64,000 nt of DNA from Paraspadella gotoi (lineage: Eukaryota; Animalia; Chaetognatha). Both the position numbers and the translations under genes were made by a program. This document shows positions 11,100 through 24,586 of the stretch, in pieces. The notes under the pieces were generated by a model, which was not told the origin of the DNA, searched no databases, and was given only the letters and a program-made list of their open reading frames with translations. Where the stretch lies: positions 619,173-683,172 of the forward strand of contig CM119264.1 in the NCBI GenBank assembly GCA_051294375.1, in the 5' to 3' direction. Each line of letters starts with the position of its first letter. Position 1 is the first letter of the stretch.

Positions 11100-11836
11100 A
11101 AGAAGGAGTTGCTGAAAAGGAGGAAGGAGTTGCTNNNNNNNNNNNNNNNNNNNNNNNNNNNNNNNNNNNNNNNNNNNNNNNNNNNNNNNNNNNNNNNNNN
11201 NNNNNNNNNNNNNNNNNNNNNNNNNNNNNNNNNNNNNNNNNNNNNNNNNNNNNNNNNNNNNNNNNNNNNNNNNNNNNNNNNNNNNNNNNAAAGGAGGAAG
11301 AAGTTGCTGAAAAGGAGAAAGGAGTTGCTGAAAAGGAGAAAAGAGTTGCTAAAAAGGAGGAAGGAGGAAGGAGTTGCTGAAANNNNNNNNNNNNNNNNNN
11401 NNNNNNNNNNNNNNNNNNNNNNNNNNNNNNNNNNNNNNNNNNNNNNNNNNNNNNNNNNNNNNNNNNNNNNNNNNNNNNNNNNNNNNNNNNNNNNNNNNNN
11501 NNNNNNNNNNNNNNNNNNNNNNNNNNNNNNNNNNNNNNNNNNNNNNNNNNNNNNNNNNNNNNNNNNNNNNNNNNNNNNNNNNNNNNNNNNNNNNNNNNNN
11601 NNNNNNNNNNNNNNNNNNNNNNNNNNNNNNNNNNNNNNNNNNNNNNNNNNNNNNNNNNNNNNNNNNNNNNNNNAGGAAGAAGTTTCTGAAAAGGAGAAAG
11701 AAGTTGCTGAAAAAGAAAAAGTTGCTGAAAAGGAGGAAGGAGTTGCTGAAAATGAGGAAGAAGTTGCTGAAAAGGAGGAAGGAGTTGCTGAAAAGGAGGA
11801 ATGAGTTGCTGAAAAGGAGAAAGGAGTTGCTGAAAA
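11100..11836. repeat. 21-bp minisatellite (gagttgctgaaaaggaggaag), gapped
   Basis: Units visible on both sides of two N-gaps. Confidence 0.9.
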
Positions 11837-11962
11837 CTTAAACATTTTTCTTTTTTTTTCCTGAAAAAGAAAAAAATCTCCCAAGGTAAAGGGAAGGAAC
11901 ATTGAGCCATGGGTTTCTAGATGAAGATCCCTAGTGAGTTTAAGGGGTTAGATAAGTCAGAT

Positions 11963-11996
<34 letters not shown>

Positions 11997-13847
11997 NNNN
12001 NNNNNNNNNNNNNNNNNNNNNNNNNNNNNNNNNNNNNNNNNNNNNNNNNNNNNNNNNNNNNNNNNNNNNNNNNNNNNNNNNNNNNNNNNNNNNNNNNNNN
12101 NNNNNNNNNNNNNNNNNNNNNNTCTCTCTCTCTCTCTCTCTCTCTCTCTACTCTTTTTATCTATCTCTCTCTCTAACATAAACAACATCTTTAAGAATAT
12201 CTCGCTACTTGCCTTCTTAATAATTCACAACAAGCTAAGAAGCATCGAAAGTAGTTTATTTAATAATTCATTATTAAACGCCGAAGAGACCTCACGTAAC
12301 GTAGTAACAATTGAATCAACGTTACCTACATAAACGGGTTATTAATTTTCATTCCTCTATTTATATACCAGTTTTTTCTCCAGGCTTAATATTTTCTTTT
12401 GCTCCCCAAAAATTAAAGATATCGGTTAAAGGAGAAGAAGCAAATTATCAAATTCCCTTTTCTTACTTTTTTTCCCTTTTTCATTTTTTCCCTTTTTCCT
12501 ACTTTTTCCCCTTTTTTCGACTTCTTTCCCCCCCATTTTTTTCCTTTTTCCTCTTTTTATCCTTTTTTCGCCTTTTCCCCCTTTTTTCCNNNNNNNNNNN
12601 NNNNNNNNNNNNNNNNNNNNNNNNNNNNNNNNNNNNNNNNNNNNNNNNNNNNNNNNNNNNNNNNNNNNNNNNNNNNNNNNNNNNNNNNNNNNNNNNNNNN
12701 NNNNNNNNNNNNNNNNNNNNNNNNNNNNNNNNNNNNNNNNNNNNNNNNNNNNNNNNNNNNNNNNNNNNNNNNNNNNNNNNNNNNNNNNNNNNNNNNNNNN
12801 NNNNNNNNNNNNNNNNNNNNNNNNNNNNNNNNNNNNNNNNNNNNNNNNNNNNNNNNNNNNNNNNNNNNNNNNNNNNNNNNNNNNNNNNNNNNNTTTTTCC
12901 CTTTTCCCCCTTTTTTTCCATTTTTCCATTTTTATCCATTTTTTCTCGTCTTTACCTTTTTCCCTTTTTTCCCTTAGAGGAGAATTCTTTTTTATTTTCC
13001 CCTTTTCTCCTTCTCTGCTTTATTTCCATTTTTCCCATTTTTCCCCTTTTTCCACATTTTTCGCTTTTTCTTTATTAGCCTTTTTTCCCTCTTTTTTTCT
13101 TTTTTCCATTTTTTCCATTTTTCTCTTTTTTCCCCTTTTTTCCTTTTTCCCCTTTTTACCAATTTTTTTCCCTTTTTCCCCCTTTTTTCCCTTTTTCCCC
13201 CTTTTTCTTTTTCCCGCTTTTTTCCTTTTTTTTCCCTTTTTTTCCCCTTTTCTTCCCTTTTCCCCCCTTTTTTTTCTTTTTTCAAATTTTTTCATTATTC
13301 CCCCTTTCCCCCCTTTTTTCAATTTTTTCCCCTTTTTTTTCTTTTCCCTTTTTTCCCTCTTTTTTTTNNNNNNNNNNNNNNNNNNNNNNNNNCCCTTTTT
13401 TTCCTTTTTTCTCTTTTTTTTTTGATTCCCCAAAAACCGAAAATTTTGGCGGGATAAAAAAAAGTCGTTTGGAAAAATAAAAAAAATTGTGGGTAAAAGT
13501 CAATTTGCATTCATACGGAATATTAAATGGTTCAGAAAATCATTTCCTGGGCACAAAAGTTTGGCTTTGATAAGGAAAGAGAAAGAGAGAGAGAGTGAGA
13601 GAGAGAGAGAGATACATATATATATACATTATACAAATATATATAAAGAGAGAGAGAAAGAGAGAGTGAGAGATAGTCGTCCTAAACCCTTTTTTTCTCC
13701 ACAGAATTAGATGGAATTTATTTTGGATCATGAGGCGACAGAAATTGTTTGAACTTTGCTCTTGTAATGACTGAGGCATTTCCGTTTTTGAAGGAAAAAC
13801 AGAAAGTGAAAGAGAAAGAATAGAAAGAGAGAGAAAAAGAGAGAGAG

Positions 13848-13886
<39 letters not shown>

Positions 13887-13978
13887 ATGACATAATAGAG
13901 CTTTAATGATTTATTCAGCGACAAATGAGCAAAAAGACGGACACTGACTCCCTGACAGACGGAAAGATGTAGAAACAG

Positions 13979-14420
13979 AAATGGAAAAAAACAAAAAAAT
14001 ATATTTAACTATTTGAACACCAATTACTCATGAGTGGAAGGGGCGATTGACCTGAAATTTTGTATGTGGGTAGGAAACTGTGTGAATAAACTGGAAATCA
14101 AGTTTCGATGGAATCGTCAGAGTGGAAATGAGTTTAAATGGAAAAAACAAAAAAACTGTTTCACTAATTGATGATGCTTCTATTTTTTTTCATATTAAAT
14201 GTAAATGCAAGATGTATTAATTAATCAAATAATTAATAAGTTAATTAATCAATTAGTCAATTAATTAATCAATAATTAATTAATCAGTCAATTCATCAAT
14301 CAAAACAAACATTTTGGATCAAATTAATTAATTAATTGCCCACCTTAATTAATTAACTTGAATTAATTAATTACCGATAATGATCGTGGGCAGATCCGAC
14401 ATTGTTTGCTCAAACTTTTT
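13979..14420 (+). mobile_element. Same HINE-like family, 3' part
   Basis: Matches 2858-2948 and 59420-59985; ends gcagatccgac-att-gtttg-ct-caaac-tttt (3' subTIR, hairpin, T-run). Confidence 0.75.
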
Positions 14421-14946
14421 TTAATAATTTTAACATATTAAAAAAAATTAATTCGGAACAATAAATGAATTATTAAAAAAATTATACCTAATTTTTTAAA
14501 ATATTAATATCTTTAGTTATTAACTGATTCAAATATCTAAGGTTTGATAAAAGTTTTTTCTGTGTCAATATCGTTGAGAAGAAAGGTAATGAAACAAAAC
14601 AAAACAAAACAAAAAACCGCCAAAAAACGCATTTTGTTTTTTTTTTTCAAAACTCGAAAGGCGATAAAGAAACAACCAACAGCGGTAATAAAAAAAAGAG
14701 AAAACAGGGAGACGACGAAACGAGACGACAAAACGAAGAGGGACAAAAAAAACGAAGAAGAAAACAAAGATTATAAAAGAGACACGTGATAACCGTGGGG
14801 GGAGGATGGGTGGCGGAACTAAAGAGATGGGGACAGGGTTATACGGCCTTATTTTCCCAAAACGCCCCATTTTTATCTTAAACTTGTGTTTTTATTTTTT
14901 TTTGTGTTTTGTGATTAAGCGAATTATATTTCAGTTTTAACAACGA

Positions 14947-14987
14947 GTGGGACATGTTTTGGCTTTAATTCAAGCCTTCATCAGCGC
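14947..14987 (-). ncRNA. Degenerate minimal hammerhead ribozyme motif of Penelope-like element type
   Basis: Minus strand gcg-CTGATGA-a-ggctt-gaatta-aagcc-AAAA-catg-TC; core GAAA changed to AAAA and stem I poorly paired. Noisy duplicate at ~21930-21970. Confidence 0.45.
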
Positions 14988-15058
14988 TTTTTAAAAATTT
15001 AAAAAAATATCTTAAATTTATAATAAGATTAAATTTTTAAGTTATAGATTTGTTAAAA

Positions 15059-15190
15059 GGTTAGGGTTTGAGATTAGGGTTATGGATTAGAATAGTATTT
15101 AGGGTGAGGGGTTAGGGGTTAGGGTTAAAATTATAATAAAGGTTAAGGGTTAGCGTTTAAGATTAGATTTTAGGGTTTAAGATTACGGTT
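15059..15190 (+). repeat. Degenerate TTAGGG-like interstitial tract
   Basis: ttagggtttgagattagggtt...ggttaggggttagggtt; similar tracts at ~773-860 and, reversed, ~8555-8660. Confidence 0.6.
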
Positions 15191-15763
15191 AAATTAAAAT
15201 TAAATTTCCACGATAAAGAAATAAAAATAAGGCGCTATGAAAAAAAGATCCTAACAGAAATGGGACGCTGTGAGAAAAGAGAGCCGCAGGGGGGCATCAC
15301 CTTGACAACGCCGGTAAACAGATGCGGAGGCAAAGAAGAATTTTTTCTCAGCCATTTTCTCTCTTTTTCTTTCTTTTTCATCCTCAGTTAAGTTTTTGCT
15401 CGACGTGTCATTTCATTTCTCAATTCTTTTTTTTTCTTTTTATCTCGTTGTCTTTCCGATCTTTCCGAATTTGTGGATATGGTGCTGTGTGCTGTCTTCC
15501 ACGCCCCCAAGCCGGATTAAGGCTGTCCTCTCGCTTACCACAGGGTAGGTAGCATTTGGGATCTGATAGTCATGAGCCGATCGTATTACTCGATTTTTTT
15601 CTTTTTTCTCCTCTCATTTTTTCCCATCTTAGTGCAACGTTTATTATTCGTCACGAATAAATGATAAGAATCAATTTTTGTTAAAGAAAAGAAAAAAAAC
15701 CAAAAAAGTAGAAAATAAAAAAAGTTACAAAGAAAAATGAGAGAAAAACAAGAACGGTAATTG

Positions 15764-16328
15764 AAATGTGTTGCGCCGAAGTGACCCTTTTATCACATGT
15801 ATTTCTCGCGACATGACATGACATGATATGACGTGACTTGACATGATGTGACGTGACATGACATGCTGGGAAGATGGGTAGATGGCTAATGGTAGGTTCT
15901 AACTAGTCTCTCATCAGGTAACAGAGGTAAGTAAGGTAATATATTGGTAATAGGTAGGTAGCTATAACAAAGGGAACAAGGGTACATAAAAGGGAGAGAA
16001 AGGAGAGGGAAGGTTAGCAGATCCCAAGACCGAGAGGAGAAGTTGAACTGCCGATCTCTAAGACTCTATCCGTGACTCCGGGGATGAAGAGGAGGGGACG
16101 AAGAAGGGAGGAGGAGGAGGAAGAGGCGTTGAGAGGGGGAAGAGAAGGCCCGGGGGAGAGAAAGGTTCTGGTGATAGGGTGAGCCTCTATCTTGACATGA
16201 ATATATGACTACAATAAGTTATTAACTTTCTTAGCCCGTGTATTTATTATTATCCGTCTTTTATTCCTTATAGTTTTAGGATTTCCTGAAGGCGGCGCGA
16301 GCAGTCCCTTAGATTTGAGGTTTTTTTA
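15764..16328. mobile_element. Dispersed repeat with (ACATG)n core, carrying a ~325-bp insertion (15866-16192)
   Basis: aaatgtgttgcgccgaagtgac...atgactacaata...cttagcccgtgtattta...gcagtcccttagatttgaggtttttt also at 42680-42900 without the insertion. Confidence 0.65.
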
Positions 16329-16589
16329 TGTTTTAACGTTAGTGGGACCGACCGACCGACCGACAAGTGACTTATAGAGTTGCTCTCGCTTACATTTTTA
16401 GTTGCGCCCCGAGTACTTTTCAGTCGCACTTAAGATTGCATATAATTCGCCTATAGTTGGTTGCTCATTTCTTAAGACAGAAAAAAACCTCAAATCTTAG
16501 TGACTGCTAGCGCCGCCGTCACAAAGTTAGCGGTAATTAATTAATTAAAAAAAAAACATAAACAAAAACAAACTAAATAAATTGAAATA

Positions 16590-17254
16590 ATAATTTAGTT
16601 AATAAATTAATTAATTTGATCTGAAATGCTTGTTTTTAGGTCTTTTCATCACTGACCACGACAAAAGCAATGACGACGATGATGGCGACGACGACAATAA
16701 TGCCGATAACGATTTACTTGATTGATTCATTGATTGATTGATTGATTAAATAATTAATTAATTTATAAATAAATTGATTTATTGAATATTTAATCAATAG
16801 ATAACTAAATAAATTGATTTATTGAATAATTAATTGATGGATAAATTGACCGATTAATTAATTATTTAATAATTAATTGACTAATTGATTAATTAACTGA
16901 TTGATTATTTGATTAATTAATACATCTTGTATTTACATTTAATATAGAAAGCCAGGTTCACTAGGAGTGAATAAACAATACTGTGAGAGAATCTTGATTT
17001 AAAGCTTGCAGGTACCTGCTATGTTATTATCTTGTAACAGTGATGGAGTCCTTAAACCACCAAAGCCTGTCCAAAGTCAGGGACAAGATAGCTTATTTAT
17101 GAAATGAATGGATAATTTTTATATTATTTTATATAATTTTTATATACCAATTTCATAGAAAGAAAAAGAAGCATAATCAATTAGTGAAACAGGTTTTTTA
17201 TTTTTACCATTTAAACTCATTTCCACTCAGACGATTCTTGAAACTTGATTTAAT
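16590..17254 (-). mobile_element. Same HINE-like family, reverse orientation, interrupted by another repeat at ~16950-17150
   Basis: Reverse complement of 59530-59900; the 5' part with (GGAC)n is visible in the duplicate segment at 24050-24390. Confidence 0.65.
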
Positions 17255-17349
17255 NNNNNNNNNNGTCGAATTAAAAAAAATTCCCTGTCGATTTTTTAAA
17301 ATCTCAAAAATTCTCTTTCAGACAAACTGACCATTTAGTTATCTTGTAT

Positions 17350-17420
<71 letters not shown>

Positions 17421-17507
17421 ATCTGTTTTACTAACAAATTATTTCTTCTTTCTTCAATTGAGACAAAGAGAGAGATGAAGCGAAAGAGAGAGAAAAATAG
17501 AAAAAGG

Positions 17508-17538
<31 letters not shown>

Positions 17539-17721
17539 TGTCATTCAGATAGAAATTTAGGCTCAATTAAAAAATAGATGAGTTTATACGTATAAGTTGC
17601 ACTTTTCCAATAAAAAGAAGAAAATGAAAAAAAAACGAGAAAGAAAAAATGATGGGACGAAAAGAAAATTCCAGAGAATCATGAATTCATGAGGCATCAG
17701 TAGAAATGAGGATGTGTCAAT

Positions 17722-17890
17722 CTATAGAGATGGCATCAAAAGAGGTGAGAAAGTGTCACAGAAGTGGCAAATAATAGAGATGGCATCAAAAGAGGTGAGA
17801 AAGTGTCACATACGTGGCAATTACTAGAGATGGCATCAAAAAAGGTGAGAGAGTGACACAGATCTGAAAATTGATAGAGATGGCATTGAT
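17722..17890. repeat. 50-bp minisatellite, about 3.3 units
   Basis: tagagatggcatcaaaagaggtgagaaagtgtcaca repeated at 50-bp spacing. Confidence 0.85.
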
Positions 17891-18265
17891 GATATAAGCA
17901 GGACGGTACAAAGTTAATTTCAAACATAGGTCTGTATTAGAGAAGGAAAGAACAAAAGAGAGAATTGAATTGAAGTTGAATTGTATTAAGGAAACGGGCT
18001 TTGGGCTACATTGTGCCCCTAAAGGCTCCATCAATTTACAAAATGATTTTTCCAAGTTGAAAAGTATTTAAAGATATAAACGAAAATCGTTTTTATCCTA
18101 AACATGTTTCATGACATCTTTCCAAGAGGCAGTTCAAACAATCTTTCTTTTTCGAAATGTTGTCCCAACCTAATAAAAGCTCTATTGGTGACATATTAGT
18201 GTAGGTCGAATTTTTTTCAACAATGCTACCAAAAAGAGAATTATTTCGAATCATGTTTTTTAAAC

Positions 18266-18300
<35 letters not shown>

Positions 18301-18666
18301 NNNNNNNNNNNNNNNNNNNNNNNNNNNNNNNNNNNNNNNNNNNNNNNNNNNNNNNNNNNNNNNNNNNNNNNNNNNNNNNNNNNNNNNNNNNNNNNNNNNN
18401 NNNNNNNNNNNNNNGAGAGAGAGAGAGAGAGAGAGAGAGGATAAATTCAGTAAGCAGTAAATAAAAGAGAGAGAGTGAGAGAATAAAAGAGAGAGTGAGA
18501 GAGAGTCAGGCTCTCTTTGAGTCTCTCAAACACTGAAATCTATCTTTTAAAAGGAAATCAAGGTTGGCCAGAGAGAATGCGAACATAAGCCTAAAATCCC
18601 TTCTTATTCAGGCAAAAGGGAACTTGAAAAATGTTTTTATGGAAAACAGAGAGAGAGTGAGAGAGA

Positions 18667-18701
<35 letters not shown>

Positions 18702-18742
18702 AAGAGAAAGAGAGAAAGAGAGAGAGTGAGAGAGAGAGAGAA

Positions 18743-18776
<34 letters not shown>

Positions 18777-20240
18777 ATCTTCTCCTCTTTTTATCTAATT
18801 CTCCTCTCTAACATAAACAACATCTTTAAGAATATCTTCGCTACTTGCTTCTTAAATAATTCACTACAAAGCTAAGAAAGCATCGAAAGTAGTTTAAAAT
18901 TTAATAATTCAATTATTAAACGGCTCCGAAAGAGACCTCACGTAACGTGAGTAAACAATTGAATCAACGTTACCTACATAAACGGGTTATTAATTTTCAT
19001 TCCTCTATTTATATAACCAGTTTTTTCTCAGGCTTAATATTTTCCTTGCTTCCGCGAAAAATTAAAGATATTCGGTTTAAAGGAGAAGAAGCAAATTAAT
19101 CAATTCCCTTTTTCTTACTTTTTTCCCCTTTTTTTCAATTTTTTCCCTTTTTTCCTACTTTCCCCCTTTTTTCCGACTTCTTTCCCCCCCATTTTTTGCC
19201 TTTTTCCATCTTTTAATCCTTTTTCGCCGTTTTTCCCCTTTTCCTCTTTTTCTCCCCTTTTTTTCACTTTTTTCTCCCTCTTTTCCCCTTTTCCCCCTTT
19301 CCTCCCTTATTTTGCCTCTTCTCTTTTCCCCCTTTTTTCCAATTTTTTTCATTTCGCTTTTTTTCTCTTTTCCCCGCTTTTTTCCCCTTTTTCTCCTTTT
19401 TCCCCCCCTTTACCCTTTTCCCCACTTTTATTCTTTTCCCGTTTTTACCCTTTTTTTCTCTTTCATTTTTTCCTTTTTTTCTCGTTTGTTTTTCCCTTTC
19501 CATTTTTCCCCTTTTCCCCTTCTTTTCCCTTTTTTCCTTTATTCCCCCCTTTTTTACCAATTTTTTCCATTTTTATCCATTTTTTCTCGTCTTTACCTTT
19601 TTTCCCTTTTTTCCCTTTTCCCCCTTTTTTCCCATTTTTTTCCCCCTTTTTTTCTTTTTATATTTCCCCTTTTTTCCCTCCTTCTCTTTTTTCGCTTTTT
19701 TTTTTCCTTTTTTCAACATTTTTCCTTTTTTCTTTTATTGCCCTTTTTTTCCCGTCTTTTTTTCTTTTTCCCTTTTTTCCTTTTTCCCTTCCCTTTTTTT
19801 TCAATTTTTTTTCCGCCTTTATTTTTTCTTTTTCCCCTTTTTTCGCCCTTTTTTCTCTTTTCCTTTTTCCCTTTTTTCCTTTTTTTCCCCTTTTTTTTCC
19901 CTTTTTTCCCTTTTTTCCCCTTTTTCCCCCTTTTGTCTTTTTTTTTTCAATTTTTTCATTATTCCCCTTTCCCCCTTTTTTTCAATTTTTTTCCCTTTTT
20001 CTTTTTCCCCTTTTTCCCCTTTTTTCCCGATTTTTTCCCTCTTTTCCTTTTTCCCCTTTTTTTCTCTTTTTTTTGTGATTCCCCAAACACCGAAATTTTG
20101 GCGGGATATAAAAAAGTCTCGTTTTGGAAAAATAAAAAAAATTGTGGGTAAAAGTCAATTTGCAATTCAATACGGAATATCTAAATGGTTCAGAAAAATC
20201 AATTTCCTGGGCACAAAAGTTTTGGCTTTGATAAAAGGAA

Positions 20241-20282
<42 letters not shown>

Positions 20283-23200
20283 ACATACTATATATAAACA
20301 TTATACAAATATATAAAGAGAGAGGAAGATGAGTAGAGTGAGAAGTATAGCTCCTAAAACCCTTTTTTTTCTCCCACAGAATTAGATGGAAATTACATTT
20401 TGGATCATGAGCGACAGAAATGTGTTTTGAACTTTGCCTCTTGTTAATGACTGAGGCATTTCCCGTTTTTGAGGAAAAACAAAGAAAGTGAAAGAGAAGG
20501 AGAATAGAAAGAGAGAGAAAATGAGAGAGAGAAGAAAGAGAGAGAGAGAGAGAAGAGTAGGAGAGAGAGAGAGAGCATTGCATGACCATAATAAGAGCTT
20601 TAAATGATTTATTCAGCGACAAATGAGCAAAAAAGACGGACACCTGACTCCTGAACAGACGGAAAAGATGTAGAAACAGAAAGAGACACAACTGAAATAG
20701 TGAGTTAAGTGAAAAGACAACTGAAAAGTGGATGAAGAAACAAAGTGAAATTATAGAGCGGGATCTGTACTACATCGGATCCCGAACTTATAATTCACTT
20801 GTCGGTCCCGTCGATTGCCCCTCCTAATAGTCGGGCATTTACTTTATTCAATGTCAGAAACCAATCGATATAAAGTTCGATGGAATCGTGCGAGTGGAAA
20901 TGAGTTTCAAATGAAAAAAAACAAAAATATATTTAACTATTTGAAACACCATTAACTCCATGATGGAAGGGGCGAATTGAACCCTGAAATTTTGTACCTG
21001 TGGGTAGGAAACTGTGTGAATAAACTGGAAATCAAGTTTTCGAATGGAATCGTCAGAGTGGAAATGAGTTTTAAATGGAAAATAACAAAAAAACTGTTAC
21101 CACTGAATTGATGATGCTTCTAGTTTCTTTCTTTCATATTAATGTCAAATGCAAGAAGTATTAATTAAATCAATAATAATTAATAAGTTAATTAATCAAT
21201 TAGTCCAATTAATTAATCAATAATTAATTAATCAGTCAATTCAATCAATCAAAAAAACATTTTTGGATCAAATTAATTTAATTAAATATGCCGCACGACT
21301 TAATTAATTAACTTGATTAATTATTATCAATTAATTAATTACCGATAAATGAATCTGGGCAGATCCGACATTGGTTTGGCTAAACTTTTTTTAATAATTT
21401 TATAATTCGGAACGAATAAATGAATTTTTAAAAAAATAATACCTAATTTTTTAAAATATTATATCTTTAGTTAATTAACTGAATTCAAATATCTAAGTTG
21501 ATTAAAAATTTTTTCTGTGTTCAATTCGTTGAGAAGTAAAGGTTATGAAACAAAAACAGAAAAAACAAAAAACCGCCAAAAAACGCAATTTTGGGTTTTT
21601 TTTTTCATCAAAACATCGAAGGGCGATCAAAGAAACACCAACAGCGGTAATAAAAAAAGAGAAGAGAATGAACAGGGAAGACGAAGAAACGAGACGACAA
21701 AACGAAGAGGGACAAAAACGAGAAGAAAACAAAGAATTATAAAAGAGACACGTGAATAACCGTGGGGGGAGGATGGGTGGCGGGAACTAAAGAGATGGGG
21801 CAAGGTTTATACCGGCCTTATTTTTCCCCAAAACGCCCCCATTTTATCTTAAACTTGTGTTCTTAAACTTTTTTTTGGTTGTGTTTTTTGTGATTAGAGC
21901 GATTATAATTTCAGTTTTTAAGACAACGAGTGGGACATGTTTTGGCTTTAAATTAAGCCTTCATCAAGCGCCTTTTTAACAAAAAATTTAAAAAAAATAT
22001 CTTATTTATAATAAGATTAAATTTTTAAGTTATAGATTTGTTAAAAGTTAAGGGTTTGAGATTAGGGTTATGGATTTAGAATAGTATTTAGGGTGAGGGG
22101 TTAGGGGTTAGGGTTAAATATATAATAAAGGTTAAAGGGTTAGCGTTTAAGATAGATTTAGGGTTTAAGAATTACTGGTTAAATTTAAATTAAAATTCCA
22201 CGATAAGAAATAAAAATAAGGCGCTATGTAAAAAAAATCCTAACAAAATGGGACGCTGTGGAGAAAAGAGAGCCGCAGGGGGCATTCCTCCGTTGACAAC
22301 GCCTGTAAACAGATGGCGGAGGCAAAGAAGAAATTTTTTCTCAGATATTTCTCTCTTTTTCTTTTCTTTTCTCATCCTCCAGTTAAGTTTTTTGCTCGAC
22401 GTTCATTTCATTTTCCTCAATTCTTTTTAATTTTTCTTTTTTTATCTGCCCGATCTTTCCGAATTTGTGGATAAGGTGCTGTGGTGCTGTCTTCCACGCT
22501 CCCAAGCCGGAATTTAAGGCTGTCCTCTCTGCTTAACCACAGGGTAGGTAGCATATTGGGATCGTGATGGTATTGAAGCGATCGTATTACTCGATTCTTG
22601 TTCCTTATTTTTCTCCTCCTCAATTTTTCCCATCTTAGTGCGAACGTTTAAATATTCGTCCGAAAATAATGAATAAGAATGCAAATTTTTGGTTAAAAAA
22701 AGAAAAAAAAACAAAAAAAGTAGAAAAAAAAAAAGTTACAAAGAAAATGAGAAAAAAGAGACGGTAATTGAAATGTGTTGCGCCGGAAGTGACCCCTTAT
22801 CAACAATGTAATTTCCTCGCGACACTGACATGACATGATATGACGTTGACTTGACATGAATGTACTGACATGAACATGCTGGAAGTGGGAATGATGGCTA
22901 AAGGAAGGTTCTAACTGTCCTCTTCATGCGTAACAGGGAAGTAAGGTAAGGAATATTATTGGTATAAGGTAGGTTCTCTGGATGTGCCGTAGGTCATCAG
23001 CCGGTTTTAGTTACGTGGTGTATACAAGACGTACATAAAAGGGGAGAGAAAGGAGAGGGAAGGTTTGACGGATCCAAGACCGAGAGGAGAAGTTGAGAGA
23101 GAGAGTCCGATCCTCTAAGACTCTAATCCGTGACTCCGGGGATGAAGGGGGGGACGAAGAAGGGAGGAGGAGGAGGAAGAGGCGTTGAGAAGGGGAAGAG

Positions 23201-24555
23201 AAGGCCCGGGAGAGAGAAAGGTTCTGGTGATAGGGTGAGCCTCTATCTGACATGATATATGACAACAATAGTTAATTAACTTTCGCTTAGCGCCGTGTAA
23301 TTTTATTAATCCGTCTTTTATTCCTTAATAGTTTTAGGATTTTCCTGAAGGCGGCGCGAGGCATGTTCTCTTAGATTTGAGGTTTTTTTTATGTTTACGT
23401 TAGTGGGAACCGACCGGACCGACCGAACAAGTGACTTATTAGAGTTGCTCTCTGCTTACATTTTTAGTTGCGCGCCCGAGTACTTTCAGTCGCACTTTAA
23501 GATTGCATATAATTCGGCCTATAGTTGAGTTGCTGGCTTTCTTTAAGACAGAAATAAAAACCTCAAATCTTAGTGCTGCTAGCGCCGGCGTCACAAAGTA
23601 AGCGGTAATTAATTAATTAAAAATAAAACCAAAAAATAAACAAACACTAAATAATTGAAATAATAATTTAGTGTAATTAAAATCTGAATGTTTGAATTAT
23701 GCTTGCAAGGTCCGCTATGTTTGTATCCTCATGACACAAAGTAGCATGGGACGATGATGGCCAAACCCACCAAATGCCGATAACTTCTGATATATGTTGT
23801 GATATAATTTAAAGATGTTGTTAATCAATTGTACTAAAAGTTGATATTATGATATTCATTATAATTTAATAGACCTAAGAATACTGATTGTTATTATTAA
23901 TTAATGAATAATTTATATAGAAGCGTTCGGATAAATACAATATTGAGGATCTGATTAAGGTTAGTACTTTGATAATTTTAAAGGATGAGTCTTAACAAGC
24001 TCATCAGAGTAACAAATATTTTTATATATTTCAAATTTCATAGAAGAAAAGAAGCATAATCAATTTAGTGAAACAGGTTTTTTTATTTTTTAACCATTTT
24101 AAACTCATTTACCACGTAGACGATTCCTTGAAACTTGATTTAATCACAACACTTTTCTTACCCCACCACCACAAAATTAAATTCCAATCCATCCATCCTA
24201 AATGCAACGAGTAATTGAGTTTTTGCTCAGGTGGGACGGACAGAAGGACGGACGGACGGACATGCGTTTTTTTTTTGCATAATTGATCATAATTCGATGT
24301 TCTGACATGATGTAAGTGAATGCCCAACAAGATTGAAGGGGGTGAGACAAAGTGAATTACAGAGTCAGGATCTTGCTGAGTAAGCAGATGTAAGTAATTT
24401 TCTATTAGGAATAAAAAGTCTCAAATGTTTTTTTTGTTTTTTTTTTTTTTTAGTTTTTTCCCCAAAAAAGTCGAATTAAAAAAAATTCCCTATCGATTTT
24501 TAAAATCTCAAAAAATTCTTTTCAGACCAAACTGACCCATTTATTTCCTTGATAA

Positions 24556-24586
<31 letters not shown>

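Noticed and set aside
15895-15925. ctgatgag motif on the minus strand as a hammerhead
   Set aside because: No GAAA and no stem II pairing.
19155-20170. Long Phe-rich and Lys-rich ORFs (also 9801-10376, 12311-13510, 30636-31067, 46865-47622, 56491-61095, 63257-63860)
   Set aside because: Polypyrimidine or polypurine low-complexity tracts lacking stops by composition.
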